Of a DNA stretch of 64,000 nucleotides, positions 55,525 through 64,000 are shown one piece after another. How positions within the stretch are numbered: the first letter of the stretch is position 1; the number at the start of each line of letters is the position of its first letter. Below the pieces are notes generated by a model. That model saw only the letters and a list, made by a program, of their open reading frames with translations. It had not been told where the DNA came from and did not search any database. This DNA is from Burkholderiales bacterium (GTDB lineage Bacteria; Pseudomonadota; Gammaproteobacteria; Burkholderiales; SG8-39), in assembly GCA_035702665.1 (NCBI GenBank), contig DASSQD010000047.1:101-64100 (forward strand), in the 5' to 3' direction. The position numbers were made by a program, and so were the translations under genes.

Positions 55525-56391
55525 TCAGGCGGCTATCGGACGGAAGCGGAATTCGGAGCCCGCGGGGTGCTGCCTCTCCGAGACGCCCCAGTGATCGGTG
55601 CGGTTGCCCGGCCACTTCCAGTCCTCGGGCGTGCCGACCTTGTACTTGGGACCAACGCGCTGGACCTCCGCCGTGTACTCGACAGCCGCGCCGAACGGCG
55701 CCAGGAAGTAGGCGAACACGTTGTTGCCGGGTCCGTGGCGTCCCGGCCCCCAGAACGTCTGGAAGCCCGCGTCCTTGAGCCTGCCGATGCCGCGCATCAC
55801 CGCGTCGATATCGGTCATCTCGAAGGCGATATGGTTGAGCAGCGAGTTGTCCGCCTTGGCGTAGGCGATCGCGTGATGCACGCGGTCGCAGCGCACGAAA
55901 TTCATGAAACCGGTGCGATCGGACAGCCGGAAGCCGAGCACGTCCACCGCGAAGCGCGTGCAGGCCTCGCGGTCGCGCGCGTTGAGCACGACGTGCGTCA
56001 CCTGCATCGGCCGGTCGCGGTCGGCGCGCAGTTTCTTCGCGCGTTTTTTCTCGGTGACGAAACGGAACACATGGCCTTCGGGCCCTTCGACGAGGCACCC
56101 CGAGCCTTCCCCAGGCTCGTCGAAGCTGCGGATGGGGCCGACCTTGGCGCCGGACGCCGCCGCGCGCTTGCGGATTTTTTCGATCTCCGGCCTGGAGCCG
56201 GAGAACGTCACCGCCGCGATGGCGGGCGCGTTCGCTCGTGCGACCGAGACCACGTACGGCAGATCCTCGGTGCCCCGCAGATACAGGGTACCGTTCCGCT
56301 CTCCGGCGTCGAGCAGTCCCCAGGTACCCTCGAGGAACCGCGCCGCCGCTTCACGATCGGTTACTTCGAGCTCAACGCTGCGCAGTCTCAT
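55525..56391 (-). CDS. VOC-family protein (catechol 2,3-dioxygenase-like)
   Basis: THVVLN, LGFRLSD, HHAIA, NHIAFE, WGPGRHGPGNN.F.YF, VEY. Confidence 0.88.
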   Translation of the reverse strand: MRLRSVELEVTDREAAARFLEGTWGLLDAGERNGTLYLRGTEDLPYVVSVARANAPAIAAVTFSGSRPEIEKIRKRAAASGAKVGPIRSFDEPGEGSGCLVEGPEGHVFRFVTEKKRAKKLRADRDRPMQVTHVVLNARDREACTRFAVDVLGFRLSDRTGFMNFVRCDRVHHAIAYAKADNSLLNHIAFEMTDIDAVMRGIGRLKDAGFQTFWGPGRHGPGNNVFAYFLAPFGAAVEYTAEVQRVGPKYKVGTPEDWKWPGNRTDHWGVSERQHPAGSEFRFRPIAA

Positions 56392-56564
56392 CTCGGCGCT
56401 TCTTGTCAACCGGAATCGTGCGCAGTGTAGGCAGAATTCGCACCTGCCGCAAGACGAGCGAGCGCCGCCGCGCCCCAAATCGATGCGCCGTCGGAAGCAT
56501 TCGCGCGTTGCAGCGCTGCCCACTGCGGAATCCGGCTACAATCCGAACGCGTTGAGAGGGGGCG

Positions 56565-59180
56565 ATGAAAAAAGGCCGGACCTTCGGGCCCGTCGAGGTC
56601 GATCACCGGAAATCCCTGTCGCTGCTGCGTGCGACCCTCGAGTCCACGGCCGACGGGGTGCTGGTCGTCGACAACCTCGGCAAGATCACCACCTTCAACC
56701 AGCAGTTCGCCGAGATGTGGCGCATTCCCGCGCAGGTCCTGTCTTCCGGAAACGACGGGGACGCCCTCGAGCACGTGCTCGACCAGCTCAAGGACCCCGA
56801 GCAGTTCCGCAAGAAGGTCGGCGAGCTCTACGCCCATCCCGGCCAGGAGAGCTTCGACACCATCGAGTTCAAGGACGGCCGAATTTTCGAGCGCTACTCC
56901 AGGCCGCAGCTCGTCGAGGGGCAGACGATCGGAAGAGTGTGGAGCTTCCGCGACGTCACCGAGCACCGACGCGCGCTCGAGCAGCTGCGCGAGAGCGAGG
57001 AGCGCTTCCGCCTCATCGCGGAGAACGTCGGCGACCTGGTCGCCCTGGTCGACACGCGCGGGCGCCGCATCTACAACAGCCCTTCGTACCGCACCCTGTT
57101 CGAGCACGACGAGATCAAGCCCGACACCGACTCCTTCAGGGAGATCCATCCGGGCGACCGCGAGCGCGTGAAGGCCGTCTTCCAGGATACGGTCAAGACC
57201 GGGATCGGGCGGCGCATCGAATTCCGCTTCCAGCTGAAGGACGGCAGCACCCGCCACGTCGAGTCGGAGGGCCGCGTCATCCGCGACAGCCGCGGCAAGG
57301 TGACGAAAGTGGTCGTGGTCGAGCGCGACATCTCCGAGCGCAAGCGCGCCGAGCAGCGCGAGAAGATGGAGCACGCGGTGACGCGCGTGCTCGCCGAATC
57401 GGAGACCTTGTCCGAGGCCATTCCCAGGATCGTCCAGACCATTTGCGAGACGCTCAGCTGGGACTGCGGGGCGCGCTGGAGCATGGACGAACGCAGGAAG
57501 ATGATCACCTGCGTCGAGGCCTGGAGCGTTCCCGGCAGGGCGGTGACCCAATTCATTTCCGAGGTCCGCAAGCTCACCTTCCAGCCCAGCAAGAAGGGGC
57601 TGGTCAGGCAGGTCTGGGTGAGCGGCACGCCGCACTGGATCCCGGACGTGAGCCGCGAGGAGGGTTTCGAGCGCGCCCAGCTGGCCGCCAAGGCGGGCCT
57701 GCACGGCGCGTTCGCCTTCCCCATCCTCGCCGGAAACGTGACGCTCGCGGTGCTCGAGTTCTTCTCGAGCGAGATCCGCAGCCCGGACCCGTCGCTGCTG
57801 CAGATGGTGCGCGTGATCGGCAGCCAGATCGGCCAGTTCATGGCGCGCAAGCAGGCCGAGGAGAACCTGCTGTATGTCGCGACCCACGACACGCTCACGG
57901 GACTGCCGAACCGCTACATGTTCAACCAGCGCTTCGCGCACGCTCTGCAGAATGCGCAGCGCTACAAGAAGAGCATGGCGCTCCTGTTCCTCGACCTCGA
58001 CCGCTTCAAATTCATCAACGACACTCTGGGCCACCCCTACGGCGACCGCCTGCTGCAGGAGGTCGCGGGACGGCTGCGCCTGTGCCTGCGCGAGAGCGAC
58101 ACCATCGCGCGCTTCGGCGGCGACGAGTTCGTCGCGCTGATCGAGGACTTCGCCGCGCCAGGCGACGTCGTGAGCGTCGCGCAGAAGATCCTGCACGCGC
58201 TGCGCTGGCCGTTCATGCTCGAGGGCGAGACCAGCCACATGAGCGCGAGCATCGGCATCAGCCTCTTCCCGAACGACGGCGAGGATCTGGCGAGCCTGCT
58301 CAAGAACGCCGACATCGCGATCTACCGCGCCAAGGAGCAGGGCAAGAACAACTACCTCTTCTACTCGGAGGAGATGAACCACCACCTGTCGGCGCGGATC
58401 GCCAAGGAGACGCGCCTCCAGGGCGCGCTCGAGCGGAACGAGTTCATCCTGCACTACGAGCCCAAGGTGGAGATCAACACGGGCCGGATCACCGGTATGG
58501 AGGCTCTCATACGCTGGCAGCACCCCGAGCTCGGGCTGCTGCCGCCGGTCGAGTTCATCGGGCACGCCGAGCACTCCGGTCTCATCGTGCCGATCGGCGC
58601 CTGGGTGCTGAGGACGGCATGCGCGCACAACCAGACGCTCCAGGGCCGGGCACCCTCGCCTCTCACCGTTTCGGTCAACCTGTCGGCGCGCCAGTTCGAG
58701 GACAAGCACCTGTTGCGCGAGATCGAGCGCGCGCTGGCCGAGAGCGCGCTCAAGCCCAACTGCCTGGAGCTCGAGCTCACCGAGAGCATGGTGATGCGCG
58801 ACATCCAGACCTCGAAGAAGATCCTCGACGGCATCAAGTCGATGGGGATACGCCTCGCGATCGACGATTTCGGAACGGGCTACTCGTCGCTCGTCTCGAT
58901 CAAGCGCTTCCCGTTCGATTGCATCAAAATCGACCGCTCGTTCATCAAGGATATCCCGCAGGACCCGGACGACGTCGCGATCACGCAGGCCATCATCGCC
59001 ATGGCGCACAGCCTGAGGCTCAAGGTGATCGCCGAAGGCGTGGAAACCCAGGAGCAGCTCGATTTCCTGACCGAGCACGGCTGCCACGAGTTCCAGGGGT
59101 ATTTCTTCCGCAGGCCGCAACCGGCGGAGGATTTTTCGAAGCTGCTGCGCGACAACGCCGCGGCGGCCGCCGCCGGCTGA
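56565..59180 (+). CDS. PAS-PAS-GAF-GGDEF-EAL c-di-GMP signalling protein
   Basis: Two PAS domains, GAF (AFAFPI), RESD + GGDEF, MEALIRW, ELTES, DDFGTGYSS, AEGVET. Confidence 0.93.
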   Translation: MKKGRTFGPVEVDHRKSLSLLRATLESTADGVLVVDNLGKITTFNQQFAEMWRIPAQVLSSGNDGDALEHVLDQLKDPEQFRKKVGELYAHPGQESFDTIEFKDGRIFERYSRPQLVEGQTIGRVWSFRDVTEHRRALEQLRESEERFRLIAENVGDLVALVDTRGRRIYNSPSYRTLFEHDEIKPDTDSFREIHPGDRERVKAVFQDTVKTGIGRRIEFRFQLKDGSTRHVESEGRVIRDSRGKVTKVVVVERDISERKRAEQREKMEHAVTRVLAESETLSEAIPRIVQTICETLSWDCGARWSMDERRKMITCVEAWSVPGRAVTQFISEVRKLTFQPSKKGLVRQVWVSGTPHWIPDVSREEGFERAQLAAKAGLHGAFAFPILAGNVTLAVLEFFSSEIRSPDPSLLQMVRVIGSQIGQFMARKQAEENLLYVATHDTLTGLPNRYMFNQRFAHALQNAQRYKKSMALLFLDLDRFKFINDTLGHPYGDRLLQEVAGRLRLCLRESDTIARFGGDEFVALIEDFAAPGDVVSVAQKILHALRWPFMLEGETSHMSASIGISLFPNDGEDLASLLKNADIAIYRAKEQGKNNYLFYSEEMNHHLSARIAKETRLQGALERNEFILHYEPKVEINTGRITGMEALIRWQHPELGLLPPVEFIGHAEHSGLIVPIGAWVLRTACAHNQTLQGRAPSPLTVSVNLSARQFEDKHLLREIERALAESALKPNCLELELTESMVMRDIQTSKKILDGIKSMGIRLAIDDFGTGYSSLVSIKRFPFDCIKIDRSFIKDIPQDPDDVAITQAIIAMAHSLRLKVIAEGVETQEQLDFLTEHGCHEFQGYFFRRPQPAEDFSKLLRDNAAAAAAG

Positions 59181-59184
59181 ACCT

Positions 59185-60135
59185 CTACTCCGGCTTGATC
59201 CCCGCGCCTACGAGTATCTTTCCGTACTTGGCGTAGTCGCGCCTCAGCAGCGCGGCGAACGCTTCGGGCGTCCCGCCGGTGATCTCGAGGCCGCCGTCGG
59301 CGAAGCGCTTGCGCACATCGGGCTGCTCGAGTACCCACTGGATATCCCGATTCAGCTTCTGCACGATGTCGCCGGGGGTCGCAGCGGGAACCATGACGCC
59401 GTGCCAGGTCACCAACTCGAAGTCGGGGATCGTCTCGGACAGCGTCGGCAGGTCGCCCAAGGGGCCCGAACCGCGCTTCGCGCTCGTGGTCGCGATCGCG
59501 CGCACGCGCCCCGCCCTCACCGGCCCTTGCGAGGTATTCACCAGATCGAACATCAGGTTGACCTCGCCCCCCATCACGGCGTTGAGCGCCGGCGCGTTGC
59601 CCTTGTACTGCACCATGATCATGTCGGCGCCGGCGTAGGATCGCAGCATCTCGCAGCCGACCTGCGGCAGTGCGCCGGAGGCGGCGCAGCTGACGCTGCC
59701 GGGCTTGGCGCGCGCCTGCGCGATCACCTCGGCCGCCGTGCTTGCGGAAAACGCGGGATTCGACAGCAGCACCATCCACGCGCTGTCGAGGTGGATCACC
59801 GGCGCGAGCTCCTTGAACGGATCGATGCTCGCCTTGAGGAAGTAGGGATTGGTGACGATCGCCGGGACGACGAACAACACGGTATAGCCGTCGGCCGGCG
59901 ACTTGGCCGCGGCCTCGTGCCCGACGTTGCCTCCCGCGCCGCCGCGGTTCTCTACGATCCCCGGTTGCCCGACGCGCTCGGCGAGCTTGCTCGACACGAT
60001 GCGCGTCACCACGTCGGCCGGCCCTCCCGGCGGAAACGGCACGATCCAGCGGATCGGCTTCGACGGCCAGTCGGTCTGCGCCTGCGCGACAGACGCGAAC
60101 ATCGCACAGGACACTGCCAGGATTGTCGCCTTCAT
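59185..60135 (-). CDS. Bug/TctC substrate-binding protein
   Basis: WPSKPIRWIVPFPPGGPAD, ADGYT, YKG. Confidence 0.93.
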   Translation of the reverse strand: MKATILAVSCAMFASVAQAQTDWPSKPIRWIVPFPPGGPADVVTRIVSSKLAERVGQPGIVENRGGAGGNVGHEAAAKSPADGYTVLFVVPAIVTNPYFLKASIDPFKELAPVIHLDSAWMVLLSNPAFSASTAAEVIAQARAKPGSVSCAASGALPQVGCEMLRSYAGADMIMVQYKGNAPALNAVMGGEVNLMFDLVNTSQGPVRAGRVRAIATTSAKRGSGPLGDLPTLSETIPDFELVTWHGVMVPAATPGDIVQKLNRDIQWVLEQPDVRKRFADGGLEITGGTPEAFAALLRRDYAKYGKILVGAGIKPE

Positions 60136-60187
60136 CGCCCCTCCGCGCTCGATCACGGAGGTATTGTAGCCGGGCGGCAACTCGCGC

Positions 60188-60739
60188 CTACTGCGATGGC
60201 GATGGCGGCGGGGGCGGCGGAGACCCGCCGGGCGGAGGCGGCGGCGCGTAGGAAGGAGAACGAGGCGGAGGTGGCGGTGGCATGTAGCTCGGGCGGGGCG
60301 GAGAAGCGAGCCGCCCTGACACCGGTACCCTGTGGCCCTTCGCGTACATGCATTGCACGTACGCGTTGTCGTAGCGCCGCTGAAGCGCGTAGGCCGAGCT
60401 CTCTCCGGTGCCCGATCCCACGGCGAAGCCGGTGAGAAGGCCAAATCCGGCTCCGATCGCGGCGCCGCCTCCGCCGCCGAATGCCGCGCCTAGGCCGGCA
60501 CCCACGGCGGTGCCGAACGCGGCGCCTTTCGCGGCGCCCGACCTCGCGACCTCCGAGGGCTCGACGCCGCCGATGTGGTCGTTGGCGAAATTGCGGCAGA
60601 ACCAGTCGTCGTCGCGGAACTGCTCGGCGGTCTTCGTCGTTCCCGGAAGTGCCATCACGCTGGGTCCGGGGGGAATGTTGACGCACGCCCCGACCAGGAG
60701 CGCCGCGCCCAACACCGCCGAGGCACGGAGAAGCTTCAT
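60188..60739 (-). CDS. Glycine-zipper lipoprotein with poly-Pro tail
   Basis: Lipobox VGAC; GPSVMALPG..K..EQF..DD..C; glycine zipper; QRRYD.AY.QCMYAKGH.VP; PPPPPP tail. Confidence 0.85.
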   Translation of the reverse strand: MKLLRASAVLGAALLVGACVNIPPGPSVMALPGTTKTAEQFRDDDWFCRNFANDHIGGVEPSEVARSGAAKGAAFGTAVGAGLGAAFGGGGGAAIGAGFGLLTGFAVGSGTGESSAYALQRRYDNAYVQCMYAKGHRVPVSGRLASPPRPSYMPPPPPPRSPSYAPPPPPGGSPPPPPPSPSQ

Positions 60740-60752
60740 CCGGACCGGACGA

Positions 60753-61154
60753 TCAGCCGCCCGGCGCCGTTTCGGGCGATGATTGCGGCCTCGCGTGCGG
60801 CGCCGCGGGTGGAGCCGCCCGAGGCGTCGCGTGCGGCGCAACCCGAAGCCACCCCGCCGGACACTCCTTGACGTACGGATAGTAGGTCTTGGACGCCTCG
60901 CAGTAGTACCAGTAGGCGGGCGCGCTCTGCGCGGGCGCGCTGCCCTGCTCGACATAGGTCGTCGGCGTGGGCGGCGAAACCACGACCGGATACGGCGGAT
61001 AGTAGTAGTAAGGCGGGTAGTACCAGGGATAGAAAGGAGCGCCCACGAACACGCCGAATCTCACTTGCGCGTGGCCCCAGGCGAGCGCGGGCGCGCTCGC
61101 CGCCGCGCCCAGAAGAACGGCAACCAACGTCAAGACCGCTTTCAGCCGGTTCAT
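60753..61154 (-). CDS. Small exported Pro/Tyr-rich protein
   Basis: Signal peptide, YPWYYPPYYYYPP, YWYYC...YYPYVKECP.GW..V; RBS GGAGAGG. Confidence 0.85.
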   Translation of the reverse strand: MNRLKAVLTLVAVLLGAAASAPALAWGHAQVRFGVFVGAPFYPWYYPPYYYYPPYPVVVSPPTPTTYVEQGSAPAQSAPAYWYYCEASKTYYPYVKECPAGWLRVAPHATPRAAPPAAPHARPQSSPETAPGG

Positions 61155-61211
61155 GATCGTCCTCTCCGTTTCATTCGACCGCCATCGTAGCAAAGGCGTT
61201 TCGATGCCGGA

Positions 61212-61236
61212 GTAACGATTTGTCACAAATTGTGAC
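61212..61236 (-). promoter_or_regulatory. Putative response-regulator repeats
   Basis: GTAAC/GTCAC/GTGAC at exact 10-bp period, including palindrome GTCACA-aat-TGTGAC. Confidence 0.5.
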
Positions 61237-61242
61237 CGCGAA

Positions 61243-62193
61243 TCAGTCGATCTTCGCTCCCGAGCGCTTCACGACCTCGGCCCATTTCGCCGAGTCCCGG
61301 CGTATGGTCTCGGCGAATTCCTCCGGCGTGCCGCCCGCGGGCTCGTCGCCGATCTGCGCGAAGCGCGCGAGAAACGCCGGGCTCGCGATCGCCTGGTTGA
61401 TCGCGGCGTTGAGCTTGAGCAGCACCGGCCTGGGCAAGCCGGCCGGGCCGATCACTCCGGTCCACGTCGCCGCTTCGTAGCCCGGCACGCCCGCCTCGGC
61501 GATGGTCGGCAGGTCGGGAAATCCCGCAGAGCGCTTCGCGCCGCTCACCGCGAGCGCCTTGATCTTGCCCGAGCGCGCGTACGGCGAGATCGAGTTGAGG
61601 CTCTCGAACATCAGCTGCACGTGCCCCGCGATCAGGTCGTTGATCGCCATCGCTCCGCCCTTGTACGGAACGTGAACGATGTCGGTCCCCGTCATGTACT
61701 TGAACAGCTCGCCGCCGACGTGCCCCGGCGAGCCGTTGCTCGAGGAGGCGTTCATCAGCTTGCCCGGATTCTTCTTCGCGTACGCGATCAGCTCCTTCAC
61801 CGAATTCACCGGCAGCGAGGGCGACACCGCGAGCAGCAGGTGCCCCTTCGCGACCAGGGCGATCGGCTGCAGGTCGCGCTCGATGTCGTAGGGGAGCTTC
61901 GCCACCATGTGGCGCGTGATCGCCATCGCGCCGATCGGCCCCATGCCGATGGTGTATCCGTCGGGCGCCGATTTCGCGACGAGATCGATGCCGATGGTGA
62001 GCGCGCCTCCCGGGCGATCCTCGACGACCACCGGCTGGCCGAGCGGCGCGGTCATCTCCGCGGCGAGCAGCCGCGCGACGGTGTCGGTGGCGCTCCCGGC
62101 CGCCTGCGGAACGATCAACCGGACGGGCCGCTCCGGATATTGCGCGACCGCAGTGCACGCAGACGCGGCAAGAAGCGCAAGGAAACTTCTCAT
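61243..62193 (-). CDS. Bug/TctC substrate-binding protein
   Basis: YPERPVRLIVPQAAGSATD, PDGYT, VPYKGG. Confidence 0.93.
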   Translation of the reverse strand: MRSFLALLAASACTAVAQYPERPVRLIVPQAAGSATDTVARLLAAEMTAPLGQPVVVEDRPGGALTIGIDLVAKSAPDGYTIGMGPIGAMAITRHMVAKLPYDIERDLQPIALVAKGHLLLAVSPSLPVNSVKELIAYAKKNPGKLMNASSSNGSPGHVGGELFKYMTGTDIVHVPYKGGAMAINDLIAGHVQLMFESLNSISPYARSGKIKALAVSGAKRSAGFPDLPTIAEAGVPGYEAATWTGVIGPAGLPRPVLLKLNAAINQAIASPAFLARFAQIGDEPAGGTPEEFAETIRRDSAKWAEVVKRSGAKID

Positions 62194-63170
62194 TCCGGCT
62201 TGATGCCGGCTGCAGCCGCGACCCTGGCCCATTTTCCCCCCTCCGATTTAATGAAAGCGGCGAACTCCTCGGGACTGCTGCCGACGGCTTCCGCGCCGTC
62301 GGCCGCGAGGCGCTTGCCCACGTCGGGGTCGCGCAGCGCGCGCACGATGGCGCCGTGGAGCCGCGCGACGATCTCGCGCGGCGTCCCCGCGGGCGCGAGC
62401 ACGCCGTACCACTGCGTCGAGTCGTAGCCCCGGACGCCGGCCTCGGCGACGGTGGGAACGTCGGGCAGGGCCTCGCTGCGCTTCGCGCTCGTCACCGCGA
62501 GCGCGCGCAGCTTGCCCGACTTGATGTGCGGCAGCGCCGTCAGCACGTTCGGCGCCATCACCAGCACCTGACCGGCGAGCAGGTCCACCACCCCCGGCGC
62601 CGTGCCCTTGTACGGGATGTGGACCATGTCGATGCCCGCCATGCTCTTCAGCAGCTCGATCGACATCTGCGGCGAGGTGCCGATCCCCGCGGAGGCGAAG
62701 TTGAGCTTGCCGGGATGCGCCTTCGCGTACGCGACCAGCTCGGCGACCGACTTCACCGGCAGCGAGGGATGAACCACCAGCACGTTGGGCAGCGTCGCCG
62801 CCTGGGTGATCGGGGCGAAGTCGCGCACCGGATCGTAGGGCACCTGCCTGTACATCACCGGATTGATCGCGAGCGTGCTCGCGGCCATCAGGATGGTGTA
62901 GCCGTCGGCCGGCGATTTCGCAGCGAGCTCGATGCCGATCATCTGGCCGGCGCCCGGCCGGTTGTCGACGACGAACTGCTGGCCGAGGCTTTCGGCGAGC
63001 TTGAGCGAGATCGCGCGCGCGATGATGTCGGTCCCGCCGCCGGCGGCCGAAGGCACGATGAAGCGCACCGGGTGCGACGGGTACTGTCCAGAAGCCGCAC
63101 TGGCGAGCGCCCAGAGCGCGAGCGCCGCTACGGCAGCTCGAGCTTTCTCGCCGTGACTACCTTTTGCCAT
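62190..63170 (-). CDS. Bug/TctC substrate-binding protein
   Basis: YPSHPVRFIVPSAAGGGTD, ADGYT, IPYKG; start uncertain. Confidence 0.92.
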   Translation of the reverse strand: MAKGSHGEKARAAVAALALWALASAASGQYPSHPVRFIVPSAAGGGTDIIARAISLKLAESLGQQFVVDNRPGAGQMIGIELAAKSPADGYTILMAASTLAINPVMYRQVPYDPVRDFAPITQAATLPNVLVVHPSLPVKSVAELVAYAKAHPGKLNFASAGIGTSPQMSIELLKSMAGIDMVHIPYKGTAPGVVDLLAGQVLVMAPNVLTALPHIKSGKLRALAVTSAKRSEALPDVPTVAEAGVRGYDSTQWYGVLAPAGTPREIVARLHGAIVRALRDPDVGKRLAADGAEAVGSSPEEFAAFIKSEGGKWARVAAAAGIKPE

Positions 63171-64000
63171 TTCTCGATCTCCGCAGACACGCGCTGTCGC
63201 ATCTCCTCGGGATTGCTCGCGCTCGGCGTGCCGCCCCACTCCGCGAATTTCTGCCCGATGTCCGGAAGCGCGAGCACCCGCCGCACCTCGCGGTTGAGCC
63301 GCTCGACCACGGGCCCCGGCAATCCCGCCGGTCCGGCGAGGCCGAGGAAGGAGCTTGCCTCGTAGCCCGGAACGCTGTCGGCGACCGTCGGCACGGCGGG
63401 CAGCGCGGGCGAGCGCGCGAGCGAGCTGACCGCGAGCGGCCTGAACTTGCCCGCCTGGATCTGCGGATAGGAATTCGTGAGCGCGTCGATCAGCAGCTCC
63501 ATGCGCCCGGAGAGAACCTCGGTCAGCGGCTCGGAGCCGCCCCGGAACGGCACGTGCTGCATGTCGATTCCCGCCATCGAGACGAACATCTCGCCGGCGA
63601 GGTGATAGAGCGTTCCCATGCCCGGCGAAGGATAGTTGACCTTGCCCGGGTTGTTCTTCACGTAGGCGATGAATTCGTCGAGGCTGCGGAAGCGGGAGTC
63701 CGAGCGCACCGAGAATACGAGCGGATAGGTGACGATGGTCGAGATGAACGAGAAGTCGCGCAGCGGATCGTACGGAAGCTTCTTCATCGTCGCCGCCTGC
63801 GTGACGAACGCGCCGCTCACGACGAGCAGCGTGTAGCCGTCGGGGGCAGACTTGGCGACGAACTCGTTGGCGATGATCGAGCCGGCGCCGGTGCGGTTCT
63901 CGGGAAGCGCCTGCTGCGAGAGGCCCTCGCTCATCTTCGCCGCGACGATCCGCCCCACGACGTCGACATTGCCGCCGGGCGGAAAGCCGACGATCAGGCG
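63128..64000 (-). CDS. Bug/TctC substrate-binding protein (5' end outside window)
   Basis: Frame open to the edge: RLIVGFPPGGNVDVVGRI, PDGYTLL, VPFRG. Confidence 0.92.
   Translation of the reverse strand, partial: RLIVGFPPGGNVDVVGRIVAAKMSEGLSQQALPENRTGAGSIIANEFVAKSAPDGYTLLVVSGAFVTQAATMKKLPYDPLRDFSFISTIVTYPLVFSVRSDSRFRSLDEFIAYVKNNPGKVNYPSPGMGTLYHLAGEMFVSMAGIDMQHVPFRGGSEPLTEVLSGRMELLIDALTNSYPQIQAGKFRPLAVSSLARSPALPAVPTVADSVPGYEASSFLGLAGPAGLPGPVVERLNREVRRVLALPDIGQKFAEWGGTPSASNPEEMRQRVSAEIEKWQKVVTARKLELP

Noticed and set aside
1..64000. CRISPR arrays, tRNAs, IS elements, prophage or defence systems
   Set aside because: No spaced repeat arrays, cloverleaf signatures, transposase/integrase or defence-protein motifs found by inspection.

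Overview
GC-rich chromosomal segment, most likely from a betaproteobacterium (eight Bug/TctC solute receptors, Burkholderiales-type porin, TRAP system, TfpZ, CbpAM). About 62 CDS are supported. I found no rRNA, tRNA, CRISPR array, transposase or integrase. Left to right: a two-partner secretion pair (TpsA truncated by the window edge, TpsB); an amidohydrolase with an orphan molybdo-hydroxylase large subunit; housekeeping and envelope genes (mlaF-like, thiolase, Tat-exported msrB, srkA, MFS, tfpZ-like, pspC, MASE2-GGDEF, dedA-rhodanese); an ACT-V4R plus stand-alone MHYT gene pair; cbpAM divergent from usp across a perfect FNR box; and a catabolic run (32.3-41.2 kb) interrupted by a lower-GC pair of TRL-like lipoproteins. 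A ~14 kb IclR-centred quinate/shikimate utilisation locus spans 41.2-55.0 kb. Besides porin, TRAP, aroQ, shikimate dehydrogenase and a split QuiC1-like dehydratase, it carries a ThDP enzyme, a second TIM-barrel enzyme and a CoA-acylating aldehyde dehydrogenase. This locus is the best candidate for an undescribed pathway (possibly O2-independent ring opening of a hydroaromatic compound); that reading is inference. There is also an unannotated 27-codon ORF with its own extended -10, a perfect Shine-Dalgarno and a terminator. All functional calls come from motif recognition by eye, not database searches.
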